From the NCBI GenBank assembly GCA_947627495.1, contig CANQWH010000003.1, forward strand, positions 1 to 53,878: DNA of 53,878 nucleotides, given 5' to 3'. This DNA comes from an uncultured Clostridia bacterium. GTDB lineage: Bacteria > Bacillota > Clostridia > TANB77 > CAG-508. A program made the translations under genes and the position numbers. The notes beneath the pieces were generated by a model that searched no databases, had not been told where the DNA came from, and saw only the letters and a program-made list of their open reading frames with translations. Positions 21,329-31,409 of this stretch are shown piece after piece (positions within the stretch are counted from its first letter, which is position 1; the number at the start of each line of letters is the position of its first letter).

Positions 21329-24300
21329 TATATCACCTCGTATAGTTCGTTTTTTACTATTTTTGCAAATCCATCTTCATCTAATGTTAGTTTACAAGAA
21401 TTTAAAGCTTTTAAAAAAGCATTTGCCATTTTATTATAATCAATCTCTTGTGTATTATTAACTGTATTATTTGTGTTCTTTTCAATGTTATTTTCTGCTG
21501 CTGTATAAGCCTTATTTTCTTCTGCTGTCAATACTCTCTCACCTTTATGTAGTCTTGCTACATAGTTGTCCTTTGGAACATAATCCAAACCAGATTTGTG
21601 TCCTGGTAAATTTGACAATTTTCCATTTACACTTGCTTTAACTGTCAATAAGCCAGAAAGAGTAGAAGCTATTGACCTTGCTGTAGAAAATAAAGAATTT
21701 TTCCATGATTTATTACTTAATCCTGTCTGTAAATTTCTTAAAATTTGTAAACCTTCGCTCTCGGCTAGATTCCCTTGTCTTATTCCTTGAATTACTTTTT
21801 CTGCATCTTCTACACCTGCTGTTTTTAAGAATTCTCGTAATTTTCCATCTTCTAATCCATTTAAAAAGCCATATAAATTACTTAGTGCTTCTTGTTTAAA
21901 TTCAGGATTCTTTTCTATTTGTTCTATGACTTGCTGTATCATATCTTGTGTCGCATTAACTAGCTCAGGAGTTTGTTCTAATGTAACACCTGTCATTTCC
22001 TCTATTTTTTTTGATAGCTCTGGTGGTGCATTTGAAAGTATGTCAAAATATACATTATATGAATTTGTTGCCATTTGTTTCCAACCCTCTATGATATCTG
22101 GAGAGTTTTCCGCTTCTATAGATGTCATATTCTTTAATTCTTCTGCAATTGCATACAATCTCCTATTTGATTCTTCCATAGTTGTTTGTGTTTTTTTCAT
22201 TTCAACATCATTATTGTTTTTTATTGCTTCCTCATTTAACATCTTTGCATTCTCTAAATAATATTGTTGTGCTTGTATTTGTTTTTTATAAGTTAATTCC
22301 ACTGTTTCTCCATTTTTTGTGTAAGTTTTACCTAGCTCATCTACCATTTGTTGCAAGCTTTCTGTTGTACCTTTGGTATATAATTCATAGTTGTATTGAT
22401 AATCTTGTATATCTTTTGTGTAATCGCTTACTGTATCTTGTAATGAGTTTACTGTACTTTGTAAACTTTTTACTTCCTCTTTAGCTGATTTCCAATTTTT
22501 ATAATCAGTATTAAGAGCCTGCGTCCATTCGATTCCTTTATCCTCTATCTCTTTAAAATCTTCATCATATAAATCAGCTTCTTTTTTTATTGCTTTATTT
22601 AATTCTTCTTGTTTATCTATTAATTCTTGCATTTTTTGGTCTCTATCAGATATAGCCTTATTGTATTTTTCTTCTGAGCCATTTAAGATTACTTCTGCTT
22701 GTTTTTTTAATATTAAATTGTCCATTTCATTTTGCAATTCTTTATATTTATCTATCACATTGTCTGTTATTGTTATTTCTGTTCCTAATGCTTCTGATAA
22801 ATCACCTGTTATTACTTTTGCTCTATTTTCATAACCTTCTTTTATTTTTCCGTTTTCATCTGTAATTTTTTGTAACTCTGTCCATAAATCTTTTGTTCTA
22901 TCTAAATGATTTAATTCGGATTGTGTGTTATTATCAATGCTTGCTTTTAATTCATCTATTGCTTCTTTCTCTTTCAGTGTTTCTTTAAGATTCTCTTCTG
23001 CTGCTTTTGCAAGTTCTCGTGCTTCTTGTGTAGCACTTTGATAATGTGCTGCCAACACCCCGATTCCTGTTGCTACTGCTGCTATTACTAATCCAGTTGG
23101 GCTAAATGTATTTTTTAAAATACCTGCTAAACCATTTACTGCTTCTGATGTAGATGTTATATTTCCAGTTGCAACTTGTATTGCTTGTACAAATGTTCCT
23201 ACTCCTTTTATAGTTCCACCGATTGTTGATGTTATTTTCCCTAATATAGTTACTAAAGGTCCAGCTGCTGTTATAAGTAGGCCAATTTTTACTATCATAT
23301 CCACTTGTTCATCTGATAAACTTTCAAATTTTTTTATCCATTTTTCTAATCCATTTACTATTTTTTCTACAGAAGGCATAAGTTTATTTCCAACTGTTAT
23401 TGACATATCTTTTAATTTATTTACTGCTATCTGTATCTTACTTTTTAAAGTATCATATCTTTTATTTGCTTCATTAGTTAATGCTGTATTATCTTCCCAT
23501 GCTTCACTACCTAGTTCAACTGCTTTATTCATAACATCACTAGCATTTGCAAGTGACAATATTGTATTAGATAGTCTTACTTCTTTTATATCCATGTCAT
23601 TTAAAATTCCTATTGCTGATTTTCCGTTTCTTTCTGTATCATTTAATCCTGCAATAAATGCAGATAAAGCTTTTACTGCATCTTTTTCAAATGCATCTTT
23701 AAACTCATCCGCTGTCATTCCTGCCACTTTTGCAAAATCGTTTAAACTGTCTGAACCCGTTTCAACTGCTGTTTGTATCTGTTTTAATAATTTGCTCATA
23801 GCAGTACCGCCTGCTTCTGCTTCAATACCAACACTAGACATTGCTGTTGCTAATGATAATATTTGTGATTGACTTAATCCTACTAATTCTCCAGTTGCAG
23901 CTAATCTTGTTGCCATTTGTACTATATCCGCTTCTGTCGTTGCAAAATTATTTCCTAATGCAACAATTGTAGAACCTAATTTTTCATAATCATCTGCACT
24001 CATCTTTGTAACATTTGCGAATTTTGCTAAAGAACTTGCTGCTTCCTCTGCTGATAAGTTAGTTGAATTTCCTAAATCTATCATTACTCTTGTAAAGTCT
24101 AATATATTTTCTGTTTGTATTCCCAATTGTCCTGCTGCCTCTGCTACTGCACTTATCTCTGTTGTAGAAGATGGGATTTCTTTTGCCATATTTCTTATGC
24201 CTTGCTTTAATTCTTCCATTTGTTCTGCTGTACCATCTACAGTTTTTTCTACACCAACAAAAGCATCTTCAAAATCTATTGCTGATTTTAGACTTAATGT

Positions 24301-24792
24301 TAAAGCACTTCCAGTTGCAGCAGAAAACGCAGACAATTTCTTGCCTGCGTTCTCAATTTTTTTTCCACTATTTTCTATTTTAGTTCCAAACTCTTCTATA
24401 CCTTTGCCTGTATTTTTTAATTGCTGTTCTATTTCTTTTATTCTTTTATTGTATGTTTCAAGTTTTACTTCTGCTGATGTTAATTCATTTCTTTTTTTCT
24501 TTATTGCTGTTGTATTTTTCTCTTCTGCATTTTCTAAATCACTAAGTTGCATTTTTAAAGTATTTACTTTATCTGTCTGAATTTCATATGCATTTTTTAG
24601 ATACTCTTGTTCCGCTCTTAGCTTTTCCGTGCTTTTAGTAGAATTATCCCACTGTGCTTGTGTTAATTTAAATTGATTGTAATTTTTGTTTAACTCTAAA
24701 TTTACTTCTTGTAAACTTTTTTTAAAATCAACTGCTCCATCTTCTTTAAAGACTAAACCAACACGTTTTAAATCATCTGCCATTTGTTTCAC
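21328..24792 (-). CDS. tail tape measure protein (TP901-like core)
   Basis: 1154 aa; DFEDAFVGVEKTVDG, LGNNFATTEADI, EAEAGGTAMS. Confidence 0.93.
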   Translation of the reverse strand: MKQMADDLKRVGLVFKEDGAVDFKKSLQEVNLELNKNYNQFKLTQAQWDNSTKSTEKLRAEQEYLKNAYEIQTDKVNTLKMQLSDLENAEEKNTTAIKKKRNELTSAEVKLETYNKRIKEIEQQLKNTGKGIEEFGTKIENSGKKIENAGKKLSAFSAATGSALTLSLKSAIDFEDAFVGVEKTVDGTAEQMEELKQGIRNMAKEIPSSTTEISAVAEAAGQLGIQTENILDFTRVMIDLGNSTNLSAEEAASSLAKFANVTKMSADDYEKLGSTIVALGNNFATTEADIVQMATRLAATGELVGLSQSQILSLATAMSSVGIEAEAGGTAMSKLLKQIQTAVETGSDSLNDFAKVAGMTADEFKDAFEKDAVKALSAFIAGLNDTERNGKSAIGILNDMDIKEVRLSNTILSLANASDVMNKAVELGSEAWEDNTALTNEANKRYDTLKSKIQIAVNKLKDMSITVGNKLMPSVEKIVNGLEKWIKKFESLSDEQVDMIVKIGLLITAAGPLVTILGKITSTIGGTIKGVGTFVQAIQVATGNITSTSEAVNGLAGILKNTFSPTGLVIAAVATGIGVLAAHYQSATQEARELAKAAEENLKETLKEKEAIDELKASIDNNTQSELNHLDRTKDLWTELQKITDENGKIKEGYENRAKVITGDLSEALGTEITITDNVIDKYKELQNEMDNLILKKQAEVILNGSEEKYNKAISDRDQKMQELIDKQEELNKAIKKEADLYDEDFKEIEDKGIEWTQALNTDYKNWKSAKEEVKSLQSTVNSLQDTVSDYTKDIQDYQYNYELYTKGTTESLQQMVDELGKTYTKNGETVELTYKKQIQAQQYYLENAKMLNEEAIKNNNDVEMKKTQTTMEESNRRLYAIAEELKNMTSIEAENSPDIIEGWKQMATNSYNVYFDILSNAPPELSKKIEEMTGVTLEQTPELVNATQDMIQQVIEQIEKNPEFKQEALSNLYGFLNGLEDGKLREFLKTAGVEDAEKVIQGIRQGNLAESEGLQILRNLQTGLSNKSWKNSLFSTARSIASTLSGLLTVKASVNGKLSNLPGHKSGLDYVPKDNYVARLHKGERVLTAEENKAYTAAENNIEKNTNNTVNNTQEIDYNKMANAFLKALNSCKLTLDEDGFAKIVKNELYEVI

Positions 24793-24845
24793 CTCTTTTT
24801 AAGCATAATAAAAGCACCAGAAGTTAATCTGATGCTCATTTCTTA

Positions 24846-25652
24846 TTATTTTTCAATCATAGGCACTATTCCATTATCTTTTAGTTTATTATATAAAAAT
24901 AATCTTCCTTTTTGTGTCCATTTTGTATTCATCTTAACGAAATTCGTACCATTTTTATGTGTTAAATCTATTGTTTCGCTATGTGTATATCCATTATTAT
25001 GATATTCCTTATATAAGAACCATTGATTGCTTTGCTTATATTGTATTCCTAGTTCATGTAATTTTTCGTTCATTTTTTCGCCTGACATTCCATAATCTTT
25101 TGCAATTGCTGTTATAGTTACTAACCCTTTATTTTGTAATATTTTATCTGTATAATCCGCTTTTGGTTTTAATTCACCTATTAATTGAAATTGTTGCTTA
25201 TTCTCTGTTTCCAATTTTTCGGTTTTATCTTCTAGCCTTTTTAATTTGTTTTGCATAACTTGCATTGCTTTTAATACAAGCTCATCTTCTGTCATATTTT
25301 CTTCTCCTGCTATATAGCCTCCAGTTTGTCTTATTGCTGGTAAAACTTCATGAGTTACCCATTCAGTGAATTCTTCCGCTTCTGGTTTTCTGCTTTGAAA
25401 TATTACTTTATATAGGTTACTTTCATTTATAAATGTTGCTTGTTGTTTTCTACCTAAATTATCGATGATGTCGGTAGTAACTACCCCATCTTGTTTCAGT
25501 CTGCTTTTACAATCTCTTGCATTTTTTATATCTAATATTTTACATACATCTGCTAAACAAATATATGGAATATCATTAATCTCTGTAGTTCTCATTTCTC
25601 CAAATTTCTTATTTTTAAATATTTGTAATTCGTTCATTATTCTTTTTTCCAT
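24846..25652 (-). CDS. BRO-N / KilAC antirepressor
   Basis: MNELQIFKN...INESNLYKVIFQSRKPEAEEF...IRQTGGY; C-terminal TKWTQKGRLFL. Confidence 0.9.
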   Translation of the reverse strand: MEKRIMNELQIFKNKKFGEMRTTEINDIPYICLADVCKILDIKNARDCKSRLKQDGVVTTDIIDNLGRKQQATFINESNLYKVIFQSRKPEAEEFTEWVTHEVLPAIRQTGGYIAGEENMTEDELVLKAMQVMQNKLKRLEDKTEKLETENKQQFQLIGELKPKADYTDKILQNKGLVTITAIAKDYGMSGEKMNEKLHELGIQYKQSNQWFLYKEYHNNGYTHSETIDLTHKNGTNFVKMNTKWTQKGRLFLYNKLKDNGIVPMIEK

Positions 25653-25810
25653 TAATTAACACCTCCAATTTTCCGTATAGCTTCATCCCATGTTTCTCTA
25701 CCTTTTTGTACTTTTCTAAATGTTGTACTCATAAATTTATAAAGTTTCTTACTTATGTTTCTTCTTCCTTCTAAATATTCTTTTAAAAATTCTGTATAGT
25801 TTTCCATCAT
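25652..25810 (-). CDS. 52-aa hypothetical protein (in-frame CGG at 25673-25675)
   Basis: GGAGG RBS; MMENYTEFLKEYLEGRRN...WDEAIRKIGGVN*; TAATG coupling to the antirepressor. Confidence 0.55.
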   Translation of the reverse strand: MMENYTEFLKEYLEGRRNISKKLYKFMSTTFRKVQKGRETWDEAIRKIGGVN

Positions 25811-25927
25811 AATAAAAGAACCTCCATTTCTCTTGAAACTTCAGTTCTTATGTGATACAATATGTTTATAAGAACTTAGTTTCTTTGTGTGAGTATTGTG
25901 GTTTACTTTGGCGAGTGTCACAATACT

Positions 25928-26092
25928 CTATTTTTTTAATTCTGTATAGACCTTATCTATACCCTCTCTTATTATTTCTGATTTTTTCTTTCCTGTTATC
26001 TTACAACAATATTCTAATTTTTCAGTATCCTTATCTGATAATCTTATCCTTGTATTAAGATTTTTAGGGTCGTCTGTTGGTCTGCCTTTCAT
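25928..26092 (-). CDS. ribbon-helix-helix (CopG-like) regulator
   Basis: MKGRPTDDPK...TRIRL...KKSEIIREGI; direct repeat TGTGGATACA in its promoter. Confidence 0.8.
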   Translation of the reverse strand: MKGRPTDDPKNLNTRIRLSDKDTEKLEYCCKITGKKKSEIIREGIDKVYTELKK

Positions 26093-26221
26093 TTTACACC
26101 TCCATTTCTGTATCCACATATATATTACAATATGTATCCACAAAAGTCAAGAGGTTTTTTAAAATTTTTTTATTTTTTTTGCAAAATAAAAACACCTACC
26201 TAAGTAAGTGTTTTTCATCTG

Positions 26222-27124
26222 TTAATATCCTGCTGAACTAACTCCATATTCCGCTTCACTAGCAGTAAAGCCTTCATACTCTAATTGTTTCTTTAATTCG
26301 CTTCTAGAAAATGGCATTAAATTTAAATAATCTCTTGCTTTCTTAGCAGCCTGTTCATTCCAATTTGCTCCGCAATTATTTGTAGCATAAGTTGCTTCTG
26401 AATCTGTAAATCCGTCAAATTCTAGTTGTTTTTTTAATCCAAATTTAGAAAATGCTGTTACATTTAAATAATCTTTTGCTTTCTTCATTGCTTGTTCATT
26501 CCAATTTGCTCCACAATTTTCTACAGCGTAACTAGCTTCTTCATCTGAAAAGCCTTCAAAAATAATCTGTTCTTTTAAATTTGATTTAGAAAATGACATT
26601 ATTCTTAAATAATCTTTAGCTTTTGAAAGTGCATTTTTTTCTCCAAGTGTTATTTTTTTTGATTCAGTTGCAGTATTATTTTGATTTTCCGCAATATTCT
26701 GTTCTTTTTCGTCATTTTCTTTGTTTACTACTTCATCATTTTTCGTATAGGTGTTTTCATTTTTAGAATTATCGCTTATTGTAGTAGAATTATAATCACT
26801 ACTACTAGAAGTTTTATCTTTTTCTTGATTATTTATATCACCAGTATTACTTTGTAAATTATTGTCAGAATTAGAAATTGAAAAGCTATTTTCTTCCACA
26901 GCAATGTTGTCATTATCGGTATTTGTTTTTGAATTTTCTAAATCATTATTATCTTTTTCTGTACTATTTTCTACATCTTTTGCAATTGTTTCTTCTGTAT
27001 CCTTCTTTTCATGTGAATTAGTTACTACAATAATTCCTGATAAAACAAGTAATATAACTAGCCATACTACCCAGTTGTCAATAATTTTTTTGACTTTCCC
27101 TAAAATATTTTTCATAAATATCAA
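26222..27124 (-). CDS. Ltp-family superinfection-exclusion surface protein (3 repeats)
   Basis: N-terminal TM, low-complexity linker, three AKDYL...FS...L..QL.FEGF...EA.YA repeats. Confidence 0.8.
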   Translation of the reverse strand: MIFMKNILGKVKKIIDNWVVWLVILLVLSGIIVVTNSHEKKDTEETIAKDVENSTEKDNNDLENSKTNTDNDNIAVEENSFSISNSDNNLQSNTGDINNQEKDKTSSSSDYNSTTISDNSKNENTYTKNDEVVNKENDEKEQNIAENQNNTATESKKITLGEKNALSKAKDYLRIMSFSKSNLKEQIIFEGFSDEEASYAVENCGANWNEQAMKKAKDYLNVTAFSKFGLKKQLEFDGFTDSEATYATNNCGANWNEQAAKKARDYLNLMPFSRSELKKQLEYEGFTASEAEYGVSSAGY

Positions 27125-27193
27125 CCTCCTTGTAATATTTTACATTAAAATACAAAATATTACAAGAAATTTATGCCCATTTTTTTTCGATTT

Positions 27194-27526
27194 TTATATT
27201 CTATGTGTTGCTATATTTGATTTTTTTATTTCTTTTAACTCTGATACATTCTCTACCATAAAATCTATTATTTTTTCCACATCTTCTAATTTCACAAGTC
27301 TCACCGCTTGTCTATATGTTAAAAGTTCATCATAATTAGATGCTATTGCACAATATAAAAGATGATTTGTTACATATGCTGTTTTTGTACAACCAGATTC
27401 GTCTTTTTCTCCTTTTGCATCTTTTTCTAACTGCTTTATTCCACCTTTATAATCTTCTATGTATTCTAATAAAAGTGGTGTTACTTCTAAAATTATTTTT
27501 TCTCCGTTTTTTAACTCTATTTCCAT
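27194..27526 (-). CDS. probable tail assembly chaperone
   Basis: Size and position after the major tail gene. Confidence 0.55.
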   Translation of the reverse strand: MEIELKNGEKIILEVTPLLLEYIEDYKGGIKQLEKDAKGEKDESGCTKTAYVTNHLLYCAIASNYDELLTYRQAVRLVKLEDVEKIIDFMVENVSELKEIKKSNIATHRI

Positions 27527-27597
27527 GATTTTGTCTCCTTATTTTTATATTCATTTATTTTTTTAAAGGCTCTAAAACGATTTTAGAGCCTCATTTT

Positions 27598-28227
27598 TTA
27601 AACTGCTTCTGCTACTAATGCATCTAAATCTGCATCTTCTAAAATTGGTTTTTCGAAGAATTTTTCTTCTGTTAATTTCTCAGGGAAACTTGACATTTGA
27701 CTGTCAACATATACTTTTTTATCCCCTTCTGCATTATATGCATAAGCTCTTACTGTAACGGTATCATTTTGTTCAGAAAAAGACTCTTCCTTTGTTGATA
27801 TATTATCCGTATTTTCTACCAATTGACATTTTGGATACCATGCATATTCTACTCCTCCACCTACCATTTTTTTTACTTTTCCGTATGCAAAAAATGGTCT
27901 TCTAGCAGTTCTTCCTGAGCGATTTAAACCTGTTTTTCCTACAACATCACCTCGCATTTTCGCCAAGTCGCTTGGGTCAAAGGCTACAACTTCTATTGCC
28001 ATATCAATGTATGCATTTTGACTAACAGTTTCATAATCTTGTCCACTTGCTTTTACAGTAACAGATTCTGCATTTTCAGTTGTATCAATAGTTTTAACTA
28101 CGTTACATTTTGTAACGTTCTCCTCATAATTTTCTATATCATAATCTGTTTTTTCCTCTTTTGTATTAAAACAATAGTACATTCCTCCAACCGTTTCTTT
28201 CATCATCGGTTTTTTAGTTGTTATCAT
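27598..28227 (-). CDS. major tail protein (phi13-like)
   Basis: RPFFAYGK...WYPKCQL...QNDTVTVRA; followed by hairpin 27568-27590. Confidence 0.8.
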   Translation of the reverse strand: MITTKKPMMKETVGGMYYCFNTKEEKTDYDIENYEENVTKCNVVKTIDTTENAESVTVKASGQDYETVSQNAYIDMAIEVVAFDPSDLAKMRGDVVGKTGLNRSGRTARRPFFAYGKVKKMVGGGVEYAWYPKCQLVENTDNISTKEESFSEQNDTVTVRAYAYNAEGDKKVYVDSQMSSFPEKLTEEKFFEKPILEDADLDALVAEAV

Positions 28228-28256
28228 ATTTAATTCCTCCTTTTAATTTTAAATGC

Positions 28257-28625
28257 TTACCAAGTTTGTATTCCTGCTTTGGTAAGCATTAATTTATAAT
28301 ATTTTTCTTTATTTTTATCCCATAAAGGATATAGATGTGGTTGTGCATTCATTTTATCAGTTCCATTTTCAATCATAGGTCCATAATATTTTCCCCATCC
28401 TGCCTCTATTTCGTTTTTCTTTTTTCTATATGCAAAACTTCTAACTAAGTGTGTATATCCTGCTTTTTTTATTTGTGACATCGGCTTAGGTAACTTTAAA
28501 GCATCATTTACAAATTCTTTTGCTCCAGTTTCTAGAATATCCATCGCATTATCTGCTGTGCTTATATATTTGCTAACTATCTCTGTTAAAGCCTCAAATC
28601 CACTATATCCATATACTTCACTCAT
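28257..28625 (-). CDS. HK97 gp10-like tail component
   Basis: YYGPMIENGTDKMNAQPHLYP. Confidence 0.8.
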   Translation of the reverse strand: MSEVYGYSGFEALTEIVSKYISTADNAMDILETGAKEFVNDALKLPKPMSQIKKAGYTHLVRSFAYRKKKNEIEAGWGKYYGPMIENGTDKMNAQPHLYPLWDKNKEKYYKLMLTKAGIQTW

Positions 28626-28965
28626 TTTCTTCTGTCCCAATATTTTCCAGTACATCTAAAGAAAAAAATGAATGAATTCTTCTTTTTTCTGTTAAATATT
28701 CATGTTGAAATTCTGGAAACAAACCGATTTTATTTAATTCTTTTTTTAACTCTATAAGTTTTGGATGCCTTGGTATACTTGCTATTACTGATATTTGATA
28801 TGTAACTTCTGTGTTATAATTAGAATTACTAGCCGTTATATCTTTCCAATAATAATCCCAATAGCAAATTCTAATATCCGCTTCCATCTCATCGTCTTCT
28901 GGTGTACTTTCGCTAATTGGAACATTTAACTTTTTTAATATGTCTACTAATTCTGTTTTTGTCAT
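28618..28965 (-). CDS. tail completion/terminator protein
   Basis: Position in the head-tail module; ASNSNY...YQISV. Confidence 0.6.
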   Translation of the reverse strand: MTKTELVDILKKLNVPISESTPEDDEMEADIRICYWDYYWKDITASNSNYNTEVTYQISVIASIPRHPKLIELKKELNKIGLFPEFQHEYLTEKRRIHSFFSLDVLENIGTEENE

Positions 28966-29333
28966 ATTTCACTCTCCAATTTTACTCGTGGATATTCTTC
29001 TAAAGTCAAATCTGTTTGCTTATATCCATCTTTATTTGTAAAATGATAACTATTAAATACTTTATGATATTCGTTACCTATTTTCACTACATGTAAAGAA
29101 GTAATCTCTTTAATTTGAGGTATTCTAATTTTGAAGGTTATTTTTCTTTTTCTTTCTTCTGCTTCAAATCTTAATTTGTCTGAAATTGATAATTCTTCAA
29201 ACCAAACATCTTTGCCTGTATCATGTAAATATTCAATAGGAAAATCTGTTTTAGTTTGTTTAATTTCAAAAAGTCTAAACCTACCATCATTATAAATCGG
29301 TAGGCTTGTAATACTTTGCTTGTAACTCAGCAT
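28962..29333 (-). CDS. head-tail adaptor (head closure)
   Basis: YNDG...KIRIP...VKIGNEYHKV...TDLTLE; synteny. Confidence 0.65.
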   Translation of the reverse strand: MLSYKQSITSLPIYNDGRFRLFEIKQTKTDFPIEYLHDTGKDVWFEELSISDKLRFEAEERKRKITFKIRIPQIKEITSLHVVKIGNEYHKVFNSYHFTNKDGYKQTDLTLEEYPRVKLESEI

Positions 29334-29571
29334 ATTCTCCTGCGTACAACTGTTTAAATTCTGCTAATCTTGCATGTCTTTTATATAATACATAATTTTT
29401 TAATAGACTTCTTGCTTTTAAATCTTCTTCATAATCAATTTCAGTTCCAATATTATCATTTATGTCATAAATTCCTTCTTTTATATAACCTTCAATAATT
29501 TTATCTTCCTCATAAGGAGAAATGTGCTGTTCTTCTTTTACTTCTTCTACTATTTTTTGTGTATCTGCCAT
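29290..29571 (-). CDS. head-tail connector (gp6-like)
   Basis: ARSLLKNYVLY...EFKQLY; synteny. Confidence 0.7.
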   Translation of the reverse strand: MADTQKIVEEVKEEQHISPYEEDKIIEGYIKEGIYDINDNIGTEIDYEEDLKARSLLKNYVLYKRHARLAEFKQLYAGEYAELQAKYYKPTDL

Positions 29572-29583
29572 AAATACACACCT

Positions 29584-29823
29584 CTATTCTTTATATTCTG
29601 TTTCTTCATCTTTTTCTATTTCTTGATTTTGTACTTCTTCTATTTTTTCTATTAATATTTTTCCAAGTTTATTCTTTGTAGTTGATAACTCTTTAATTCT
29701 AACCTTACTTGGTTTTAAGCCTTCACGTGGATAAATATCTTTGCCTTTTACATCTTTCAAATAAACATGATTATTATCTTCTAAATCTTTAAAGTTATAA
29801 ACAACTCTATATTTTTCTTCCAT
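29584..29823 (-). CDS. conserved phage head-region protein
   Basis: YRVVYNFKDLEDNNHVY...YPREG...RIKELST. Confidence 0.65.
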   Translation of the reverse strand: MEEKYRVVYNFKDLEDNNHVYLKDVKGKDIYPREGLKPSKVRIKELSTTKNKLGKILIEKIEEVQNQEIEKDEETEYKE

Positions 29824-29843
29824 TTTACTTATTCCCCCTATTA

Positions 29844-30254
29844 TTATTCTGTTTTTAATTCAAGTGCACTTAAGTTAAGTGTTCTTGTTTCTTTGCCTTC
29901 TTGAGTAATTTCAATTGTATTGTCTTTGTTGTGAATTTGGAATACTATTAAGCCGTCCTTTTCATCAACTGCAACTGGTTTCTTTAATTTTACACCAGTT
30001 CCCTTAAGTTCACATTTTACAGTTCCTTTTGCTTGACCTTTAGCTTCTTCAAAGTAAAGTGGTAAATAATTTCCCGTTTGTTCATCAGATTTACTTGAAA
30101 ATTCTTTCCAACCTTCAATATGATTTAATGCACCTGTTACATTATTACCATCTAAATTTACATTTTCACATAAATCTTGTACTGTTTTTTCACCCAAGTT
30201 TAATGACGTTTCATCGCCTGGAATAGCCACCTCTATTTCGGTGGCTGGACTAGG
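29844..30254 (-). CDS. C-terminal extension of major capsid protein reached by +1 frameshift at CCC-TAG
   Basis: The +1 frame from CCT at 30254 is open to 29844; no well-spaced RBS for GTG 30230. Confidence 0.7.
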   Translation of the reverse strand, partial: PSPATEIEVAIPGDETSLNLGEKTVQDLCENVNLDGNNVTGALNHIEGWKEFSSKSDEQTGNYLPLYFEEAKGQAKGTVKCELKGTGVKLKKPVAVDEKDGLIVFQIHNKDNTIEITQEGKETRTLNLSALELKTE

Positions 30255-31389
30255 GTGAAACCGTTTCTGTTTCTACAACAGGTTTTAATGCTTTTAAGTT
30301 TGTAATATCTAGCACAACAGCATCATCATTAGATTTTAATCTACCATTTCCATATGTTAATACTGTATAAGTTCTTAATTGTTCTAAGAACTTATAATGA
30401 TCACTATAGTCAATACCCATTCTTGAAATACCAGCAGTGTATTTTTTAGGCAAATAAGCAATTGCTTTGTTTTCAGGCACTTCTGGACTTGCAACATATA
30501 CAAAGTTCTTATAATTATCAGCTTTTACATAACCATTAAATCCTAAAACATGTGTTGCTTTATAAATTTTAGTGTCTAATTCGTTTTGATTTGCTATCAT
30601 TACTATTACATCTACATTTCTTGTGCCTTTTCTATTTAAAATTGGTAATACTTTAGTACCAAAGTCGTCAGGTCCTAAATCTGTAATTTCAACTGCCTTT
30701 TTGTCTGGATACACTCCTTCTTGTACAGAACCTTTTAAATCTTTTAGTAAACCGATTGGAGCATCCTTTCCATTTCCAGCTATAATTCCAGATTCTATTC
30801 CTTCTTCATTTACTTCCAATAAAATGGTTCTAACAAATCTATCAATCCATTTGTATCCCATGTTGATTATTGCTTTTGGAACAAACATAAATGCAGATAA
30901 AGAATTTACTTCTAAATCTAATGTTTCTAATTCTGCTTCGATTTGGTCTATGATAGCTCTTGTTAGTTTACCCCATGTTGCTTTTCCGCTTCTTTCAGAT
31001 AAAAACCATTTTTGTACTCCAGCTGGAGCCCAATCGACATATTCGAATAAAGGATGTGCTGTTTTTAAATCTTCAAATATATAACTTACTGTTGTCTCTG
31101 GTAAATAATCTATTTCTTTTCCTTTTAAACTTGATGTATCTTCTTGTTTTATTGCTCTATCAATCCATTGCTTTTCTGCTTCTGTTAATGAACGTAATCC
31201 AAATTTTGCATCACTTTCCTTTGTTGCTGAATATTCTTCAAATTCTCTTTGATATTGAGCAATTGTATCTGCATAACTTTCATCAATTATACTTTGTATT
31301 GTCTCAATTATTTTTTGTGATTTTTGTTCAGCTGGAGCTTCATTTAACTCCTTTACTAAATCTTCAATTTTCTTTTCATTAAATTTCAT
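30250..31389 (-). CDS. HK97-fold major capsid protein
   Basis: 379 aa after the protease; GNGKDAPIGLL; ends CCC TAG. Confidence 0.88.
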   Translation of the reverse strand: MKFNEKKIEDLVKELNEAPAEQKSQKIIETIQSIIDESYADTIAQYQREFEEYSATKESDAKFGLRSLTEAEKQWIDRAIKQEDTSSLKGKEIDYLPETTVSYIFEDLKTAHPLFEYVDWAPAGVQKWFLSERSGKATWGKLTRAIIDQIEAELETLDLEVNSLSAFMFVPKAIINMGYKWIDRFVRTILLEVNEEGIESGIIAGNGKDAPIGLLKDLKGSVQEGVYPDKKAVEITDLGPDDFGTKVLPILNRKGTRNVDVIVMIANQNELDTKIYKATHVLGFNGYVKADNYKNFVYVASPEVPENKAIAYLPKKYTAGISRMGIDYSDHYKFLEQLRTYTVLTYGNGRLKSNDDAVVLDITNLKALKPVVETETVSP

Positions 31390-31409
31390 ATTCTTTTACC
31401 TTCCTTTTT

